A DNA stretch of 34,776 bases from Utricularia gibba (Eukaryota > Plantae > Magnoliophyta), in assembly GCA_002189035.1 (NCBI GenBank), contig NEEC01000498.1:1-34776 (forward strand), read 5' to 3'. A program made the translations under genes and the position numbers. Of the stretch, positions 27,745 through 34,776 are shown piece after piece. Within the stretch, counting starts at the first letter, position 1; the number at the start of each line of letters is the position of its first letter. The notes under the pieces are model-generated. The model was not told the DNA's origin. It did not search any database and saw only the letters and a list, made by a program, of their open reading frames with translations.

Positions 27745-27903
27745 TTGAGAAAACCATTTTGGGTGCTCATGAAATCCTAACTTCAATAACTGCATCACGA
27801 TTTTCGTCGAGTAGGACCCGATTTGGCAAAGGAGTCAGACCGAACCTTGGGTCAGAACGAAGTTCACAACGACATCACCCGCCCAAAAACGACAAGCTTT
27901 TCC
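27745..27903 (+). repeat. Subunit A (159 bp) of the monomer
   Basis: Begins TTGAGAAAACCATTTTGGGTGCTCATGA and ends ACGACAAGCTTTTCC. It aligns to subunit B at about 75% over the first 67 bp and roughly 57% overall (hand alignment). Confidence 0.9.
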
Positions 27904-28059
27904 TTGAGAAAACCATGTAGGCAGCCTATTAAAACCAACGTTAATAAATGCATCAAGTTTTTTGCCGAGCTACAAATGACTATGGGCCCGAGCTCGACTC
28001 GACCTCCTGCTCGATACCGTTGCCCCACGAGAGCGCCTCCTCAAATATAAAGCATGCGG
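27904..28059 (+). repeat. Subunit B (156 bp) of the monomer
   Basis: Begins TTGAGAAAACCATGTAGGCAGCCTATTAA and ends AAATATAAAGCATGCGG. It is paralogous to subunit A (AATAAATGCATCAAGTTTTTTGCCGAG vs AATAACTGCATCACGATTTTCGTCGAG). Confidence 0.9.
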
Positions 28060-31000
28060 TTGAGAAAACCATTTTGGGTGCTCATGAATCCTAACTTCAA
28101 TAACTGCATCACGATTTTCGTCGAGTAGGACCCGATGTGGCAAAGGAGTCAGACGAACCTTGGTCAGAACGAAGTTCACAACGACATCACCCGCCCAAAA
28201 ACGACAAGCTTTTCCTTGAGAAAACATGTAGGCAGCCTATTAAAACCCAACGTTAATAAATGCATCAAGTTTTTTGCCGAGCTACAAATGACTATGGCCC
28301 GAGCTCGACTCGACCTCCTACTCGATACCGTTGCCCCACGAGAGCGCCTCCTCAAATATAAAGCATGCGGTTGAGAAAACCATTTTGGGTGCTCATGAAT
28401 CCTAACTTCAATAACTGCATCACGATTTTCGTCGAGTAGGACCGATGTGGCAAAGGAGTCAGACGAACCTTGGGTCAGAACGAAGTTCCAACGACATCAC
28501 CCGCCCAGAAACGACAAGCTTTTCCTTGAGAAAACATGTAGGCAGCCTATTAAAACCAACGTTAATAAATGCATCAATTTTTTTGCCGGGCTACAAATGA
28601 CTCTGGCCCGAGCTCGACTCGACCTCCTGCTCGATACCGTTGCCCCACGAGAGCGCCTTATCAAATATAAAGCATGCGGTTGAGAAAACCATTTTGGGTG
28701 CTCATGAATCCTAACTTCAATAACTGCATCACGATTTTCGTCGAGTAGGACCCGATGTGGCAAAGGAGTCAGACCGAACCTTGGGGAACGAAGTTCCAAA
28801 AGACATCACCCGCCCCAGAAACGACAAGCTTTTCCTTGAGAAAACATGTAGGCAGCCTATTAAAACCAACGTTAATAAATGCATCAATTTTTTGCCGAGC
28901 TACAAATGACTCTGGGCCGAGCTCGACTCGACCTCCTGCTCGATACCGTTGCCCACGAGCGCCTCCTCAAATATAAAGCATGCGTTGAGAAAACCATTTT
29001 GGGTGCTCATGAAATCCTAACTTCAATAACTGCATCACGATTTTCGTCGAGTAGGACCGATGTGGCAAAGGAGTCAGACCGAACCTTGGGTCAGAACGAA
29101 GTTCAAACGACATCACCCGCCCAAAAACGACAAGCTTTTCCTGAGAAAACCATGTAGGCAGCCTATTAAAAACCAACGTTAATAAATGCATCAAATTTTT
29201 TGCCGGCTACAAATGACTATGGGCCGAGCTCGACTCGACCTCCTGCTCGATACCGTTGCCCCACGAGAGCGCCTATCAAATATAAAGCATGCGGTTGAGA
29301 AAACCATTTTGGGTGCTCATGAATCCTAACTTCAATAACTGCATCACGATTTTCGTCGAGTAGGACCCGATGTGGCAAAGGAGTCAGACCGAACCTTGGG
29401 TCAGAACGAAGTTCACAACGACATCACCCGCCCAAAAACGACAAGCTTTTCCTTGAGAAAACCATGTAGGCAGCCTATTAAAACCAACGTTAATAAATGC
29501 ATCAAATTTTTTTGCCGAGCTACAAATGACTATGGGCCCGAGCTCGACTCGACCTCCTGCTCGATACCGTTGCCCCACGAGAGCGCCTTATCAAATATAA
29601 AGCATGCGGTTGAGAAAACCATTTTGGGTGCTCATGACATCCTAACTTCAATAACTGCATCACGATTTTCGTCGAGTAGGACCCGATGTGGCAAAGGAGT
29701 CAGACCGAACCTTGGTCAGAACGAAGTTCCAACGACATCACCCGCCCAAAAAACGACAAGCTTTTCCTTGAGAAAACCATGTAGGCAGCCTATTAAAACC
29801 AACGTTAATAAATGCATCAATTTTTTGCCGGCTACAAATGACTATGGGCCCGAGCTCGACTCGACCTCCTGCTCGATACCGTTGCCCCACGAGAGCGCCT
29901 CCTCAAATATAAAGCATGCGGTTGAGAAAACCATTTTGGGTGCTCATGAAATCCTAACTTCAATAACTGCATCACGATTTTCGTCGAGTAGGACCAGATT
30001 TGGCAAAGGAGACAGACCGAACCTTGGGTCAGAACGAAGTTCACAACGACATCACCCGCCCAAAAACGACAAGCTTTTCCTTGAGAAAACCATTTAGGCA
30101 GCCTATTAAAACCAACCGTTAATAAATGCATCAAGTTTTTTGCCGAGCTACAAATGACTATGGGCCCGAGCTCGACTCGACCTCCTGCTCGATACCGTTG
30201 CCCCACGAGAGCGCCTATCAAATATAAAGCATGCGGTTGAGAAAACCATTTTGGGTGCTCATGAATCCTAACTTCAATAACTGCATCACGATTTTCGTCG
30301 AGTAGGACCCGATGTGGCAAAGGAGTCAGACGAACCTTGGTCAGAACGAAGTTCCCAACGACATCACCCGCCAGAAACGACAAGCTTTTCCTTGAGAAAC
30401 ATGTAGGCAGCCTATTAAGCCAACGTTAATAAATGCATCAATTTTTTGTCGGGCTACAAATGACTCTGGGACCGAGCTCGACTCGACCTCCTGCGATACC
30501 GTTGCCCCACGAGAGCGCCTTATCAAATATAAAGCATGCGGTTGAGAAAACCATTTTGGGTGCTCATGAAATCCTAACTTCAATAACTGCATCACGATTT
30601 TCGTCGAGTAGGACCGATGTGGCAAAGGACAGACGAACCTTGGGTCAGAACGAAGTTCACAACGACATCACCGCCCAAAAACGACAAGCTTTTCCTTGAG
30701 AAAACCATGTAGGCAGCCTATTAAAACCAACGTTAATAAATGCATCAAATTTTTTGCCGAGCTACAAATGACTATGGGCCCGAGCTCGACTCGACCTCCT
30801 GCTCGATACCGTTGCCCCACGAGAGCGCCTTATCAAATATAAAGCATGCGGTTGAGAAAACCATTTTGGGTGCTCATGAATCCTAACTTCAATAACTGCA
30901 TCACGATTTTCGTCGAGTAGGACCCGATGTGGCAAAGGAGTCAGACCGAACCTTGGTCAGAACGAAGTTCACAACGACATCACCCGCCCAAAAACGACAA

Positions 31001-33057
31001 GCTTTTCCTTGAGAAACCATGTAGGCAGCCTATTAAAACCCAACGTTAATAAATGCATCAAGTTTTTTGCCGAGCTACAAATGACTATGGGCCCGAGCTC
31101 GACTCGACCTCCTGCTCGATACCGTTGCCCCACGAGAGCGCCTCCTCAAATATAAAGCATGCGGTTGAGAAAACCATTTTGGGTGCTCATGACATCCTAA
31201 CTTCAATAACTGCATCACGATTTTCGTCGAGTAGGACCCGATGTGGCAAAGGAGTCAGACGAACCTTGGGTCAGAACGAAGTTCCCAACGACATCACCCG
31301 CCCAGAAACGACAAGCTTTTCCTTGAGAAACTATGTAGGCAGCCTAAAACCCAACGTTAATAAATGCATCAATTTTTTGCCGGCTACAAATGACTCTGGG
31401 CCCGAGCTCGACTCGACCTCCTGCTCGATACCGTTGCCCCACGAGAGCGCCTCCTCAAATATAAAGCATGCGGTTGAGAAAACCATTTTGGGTGCTCATG
31501 AATCCTAACTTCAATAACTGCATCACGATTTTCGTCGAGTAGGACCCGATGTGGCAAAGGAGTCAGACCGAACCTATGGTCAGAACGAAGTTCACAACGA
31601 CATCACCCGCCCAAAAACGACAAGCTTTTCCTTGAGAAAACCATGTAGGCAGCCTATTAAAACCAACGTTAATAAATGCATCAAGTTTTTTGCCGAGCTA
31701 CAAATGACTATGGGCCCGAGCTCGACTCGACCCCTTGCTCGATACCGTTGCCCCACGAGAGCGCCTCCTCAAATATAAAGCATGCGTTGAGAAAACCATT
31801 TTGGGTGCTCATGAAATCCTAACTTCAATAACTGCATCACGATTTTCGTCGAGTAGGACCGATGTGGCAAAGGAGACAGACCGAACCTTGGGTCAGAACG
31901 AAGTTCACAACGACATCACCCGCCCAAAAACGACAAGCTTTTCCTTGAGAAAACCATGTAGGCAGCCTATTAAAAACCAACGTTAATAAATGCATCAAGT
32001 TTTTTGCCGAGCTACAAATGACTATGGGCCCGAGCTCGACTCGACCTCCTGCTCGATACCGTTGCCCCACGAGAGCGCCTATCAAATATAAAGCATGCGG
32101 TTGAGAAAACCATTTTGGGTGCTCATGAATCCTAACTTCAATAACTGCATCACGATTTTCGTCGAGTAGGACCCGATGTGGCAAAGGAGTCAGACCGAAC
32201 CTTGGTCAGAACGAAGTTCACAACGACATCACCCGCCCAAAAACGACAAGCTTTTCCTTGAGAAACATGTAGGCAGCCTATTAAAACCCAACGTTAATAA
32301 ATGCATCAATTTTTTGCCGAGCTACAAATGACTATGGGCCCGAGCTCGACTCGACCTCCTGCTCGATACCGTTGCCCCACGAGAGCGCCTCCTCAAATAT
32401 AAAGCATGCGGTTGAGAAAACCATTTTGGGTGCTCATGACATCCTAACTTCAATAACTGCATCACGATTTTCGTCGAGTAGGACCCGATGTGGCAAAGGA
32501 GTCAGACGAACCTTGGGTCAGAACGAAGTTCCCAACGACATCACCCGCCCAAAACGACAAGCTTTTCCTTGAGAAACATGTAGGCAGCCTAATAAAACCA
32601 ACGTTAATAAATGCATCAATTTTTTTGCCGGCTACAAATGACTCTGGGCCCGAGCTCGACTCGACCTCCTGCTCGATACCGTTGCCCCACGAGAGCGCCT
32701 TATCAAATATAAAGCATGCGGTTGAGAAAACCATTTTGGGTGCTCATGAAATCCTAACTTCAATAACTGCATCACGATTTTCGTCGAGTAGGACCCGATG
32801 TGGCAAAGGAGTCAGACCGAACCTTGGTCAGAACGAAGTTCCAAAAGACATCACCCGCCCAGAAACGACAAGCTTTTCCTTGAGAAACATGTAGGCAGCC
32901 TAATAAACCCAACGTTAATAAATGCATCAATTTTTTTCCGGCTACAAATGACTCTGGGCCGAGCTCGACTCGACCTCCTGCTCGATACCGTTGCCCCACG
33001 AGCGCCTCCTCAAATATAAAGCATGCGTTGAGAAAACCATTTTGGGTGCTCATGAAA

Positions 33058-34776
33058 TCCTAACTTCAATAACTGCATCACGATTTTCGTCGAGTAGGAC
33101 CAGATTTGGCAAAGGAGACAGACCGAACCTTGGGTCAGAACGAAGTTCACAACGACATCACCCGCCCAAAAACGACAAGCTTTTCCTTGAGAAAACCATT
33201 AGGCAGCCTATTAAAACCAACCGTTAATAAATGCATCAAGTTTTTTGCCGAGCTACAAATGACTATGGGCCCGAGCTCGACTCGACCTCCTACTCGATAC
33301 CGTTGCCCCACGAGAGCACCTTATCAAATATAAAGCATGCGGTTGAGAAAACCATTTTGGGTGCTCATGAATCCTAACTTCAATAACTGCATCACGATTT
33401 TCGTCGAGTAGGACCCGATGTGGCAAAGGAGTCAGACCGAACCTTGGGTCAGAACGAAGTTCCAACGACATCACCCGCCCAAAAACGACAAGCTTTTCCT
33501 TGAGAAAAACAATGTAGGCGCCTATTAAAACCCAACGTTAATAAATGCATCAAGTTTTTTGCCGAGCTACAAATGACTATGGCCCGAGCTCGACTCGACC
33601 TCCTGCTCGATACCGTTGCCCCACGAGAGCGCCTCCTCAAATATAAAGCATGCGGTTGAGAAAACCATTTTGGGTGCTCATGACATCCTAACTTCAATAA
33701 CTGCATCACGATTTTCGTCGAGTAGGACCCGATGTGCAAAGGAGTCAGACGAACCTTGGGTCCGAACGAAGTTCCAACGACATCACCCGCCCCAGAAACG
33801 ACAAGCTTTTCCTTGAGAAAACTATGTAGGCAGCCTAATAAACCGAACGTTAATAAATGCATCAAATTTTTTTGCGGCTACAAATGACTCTGGGCCCGAG
33901 CTCGACTCGACCTCCTGCTCGATACCGTTGCCCCACGAGAGCGCCTTATCAAATATAAAGCATGCGGTTGAGAAAACCATTTTGGGTGCTCATGAATCCT
34001 AACTTCAATAACTGCATCACGATTTTCGTCGAGTAGGACCCGATGTGGCAAAGGAGTCAGACCGAACCTTGGGTCAGAACGAAGTTCACAACGAAATCAC
34101 CCGCCCAAAAACGACAAGCTTTTCCTTGAGAAACAATGTAGGCAGCCTATTAAAACCCAACGTTAATTAATGCATCAAGTTTTTTGCCGAGCTACAAATG
34201 ACTATGGGCCCGAGCTCGACTCGACCTCCTGCTCGATACCGTTGCCCCACGAGAGCGCCTCCTCAAATATAAAGCATGCGGTTGAAAACCATTTTGGGTG
34301 CTCATGACATCCTAACTTCAATAACTGCATCACGATTTTCGTCGAGTAGGACCCGATGTGGCAAAGGAGTCAGACAGAACCTTGGGTCCGAACGAAGTTC
34401 CAACGACATCACCCGCCCAGAAACGACAAGCTTTTCCTTGAGAAACTATGTAGGCAGCCTAATAAGCCGAACGTTAATAAATGCATCAATTTTTGCCGGG
34501 CTACAAATGACTCTGGGCCGAGCTCGACTCGACCTCCTGCTCGATACCGTTGCCCACGAGAGCGCCTTATCAAATATAAAGCATGCGGTTGAGAAAACCA
34601 TTTTGGTGCTCATGATATCCTAACTTCAATAACTGCATCACGATTTTCGTCGAGTAGGACCCGATGTGGCAAAGGAGTCAGACCGAACCTTATGGTCAGA
34701 ACGAAGTTCCAAAAGACATCACCCGCCCAGAAACGACAAGCTTTTCCTTGAGAAACCATGTAGGCAGCCTATTAAA
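33058..34776 (+). repeat. Variant higher-order unit X-Y-Z-Y-Z-W(partial)
   Basis: X at 33058 (CCAGATTTGG, CCAACCGTT, CCTACT, GAGCACC). Y at 33372 (ACAATGTAGGCG). Z at 33686 (GGGTCCGAAC, CTATGTAG). Y at 33997 (ACGAAATC, ACAATG, TTAATTAA). Z at 34310 (CAGACAGAACC, GATATCC). W at 34618 (TATGGTC, CCAAAAGAC). Confidence 0.75.

Larger units (their letters stand above)
27745..28059 (+). repeat. Representative full-length 315-bp monomer
   Basis: Runs from TTGAGAAAACCATTTTGGG at 27745 to just before the next such motif at 28060. It matches the majority consensus with no obvious indel. A hand count of the consensus gives 85 C + 65 G in 315 bp (47.6% GC). Confidence 0.95.
1..34776 (+). repeat. Tandem satellite DNA array, ~315-bp monomer, ~112 copies, single orientation, runs off both window ends
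   Basis: The anchor TCCTAACTTCAATAACTGCATCACGATTTTCGTCGAGTAGGACC recurs throughout (starts at 55, 359, 671, 981, 1286, 1585, 1884, 2198, 2509, 2815 ... 33058, 33372, 33686, 33997, 34310, 34618), mostly 299-315 bp apart. I saw no non-repeat sequence or inverted copy. Each monomer carries HindIII (AAGCTT), SacI (GAGCTC), SphI (GCATGC), BspHI (TCATGA) and NsiI (ATGCAT) sites. Confidence 0.99.

Noticed and set aside
27779-27878. Possible still older ~80-bp periodicity within subunit A (AACTTCAATAACTGCATCAC vs AAGTTCACAACGACATCAC)
   Set aside because: The match is only about 14/20 with a gap and does not extend convincingly. It cannot be distinguished from chance without a shuffle test.
27878-27895. 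CENP-B-box-like motif (minus strand of CCCGCCCAAAAACGAC)
   Set aside because: It misses required positions of the TTCG-N4-A-N2-CGGG core, and the spacing is wrong in the five-A consensus.
27885-27980. Helically phased A/T tracts implying intrinsic curvature
   Set aside because: Tract starts are spaced about 13, 11, 22, 15, 12 and 16 bp apart, which is not a consistent 10-11-bp phase.
27988-28016. Palindrome-rich segment GGGCCCGAGCTCGACTCGACCTCCTGCTCGA (three CTCGA words; ApaI, SacI and TaqI sites) as a hairpin or recombination site
   Set aside because: There are only 4-6-bp palindromes and no extended stem. About seven palindromic hexamers per monomer against about five expected is unremarkable.
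28044-28049. TATAAA box in each monomer, and AATAAA in GTTAATAAATGC, as promoter or poly(A) signals
   Set aside because: These are short AT hexamers expected by chance, with no other supporting element. Transcript data would be needed.
27745-28059. Assignment to named satellites (grass CentO/CentC family, or a ~312-bp wild-beet Sau3AI satellite I recall)
   Set aside because: Only the length and a few short words (e.g. GTGGCAAA) resemble my memory of these sequences. The consensus lacks GATC. I cannot run the BLAST needed, so no family is assigned.
101-34623. Protein-coding genes from the ~190 listed ORFs, including the 241-aa ORF at 29372-30097 and the 191-aa ORF at 22857-23432
   Set aside because: All are translations of the same satellite monomer. 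The long ones arise where indels shift frame around the stops. There is no recognisable domain and no gene context.
55-34665. CRISPR array suggested by the regularly spaced invariant 44-bp block
   Set aside because: The intervening ~270 bp are near-identical copies rather than unique spacers, they are far too long, and there are no cas genes.
18540-34776. A ~15.5-kb super-repeat: ACGAAATC, GTTAATTAATG and TATGGTC recur at 18587/34091, 18657/34162 and about 19187/34690
   Set aside because: ACGAAATC also occurs at 19820, one HOR later, and CCTATGGTC occurs at 31573. These look like ordinary Y and W alleles that survived consensus only occasionally. The offset of about 50 monomers is not a multiple of four. 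A dot-plot on accurate sequence would settle it.

Overview
The whole 34.8-kb window is one uninterrupted head-to-tail tandem satellite array in a single orientation. I see no genes, RNA genes, transposon insertions, CRISPR array or unique sequence. By hand count it holds about 112 monomers. The full-length monomer is 315 bp (e.g. 27745-28059, about 48% GC), and the observed mean is about 310 bp. There are three nested levels of structure. (1) Each monomer is an ancient dimer of diverged subunits of about 159 and 156 bp, both starting TTGAGAAAACCAT. (2) The monomer itself repeats at about 315 bp. (3) Four distinguishable monomer types, here called X, Y, Z and W, form a higher-order repeat (HOR) of about 1.24-1.26 kb, cleanly phased at about 8.6-13.0 kb and 18.2-23.1 kb. 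The sequence also carries a strong assembly or consensus artefact signature: single-base deletions cluster at exactly the sites where monomer types differ. Many mixed monomers and phase breaks may therefore not be biological. All listed ORFs are translations of the repeat. The architecture fits a eukaryotic centromeric or heterochromatic satellite, but I do not recognise the family or organism. I found no evidence of a novel gene system.
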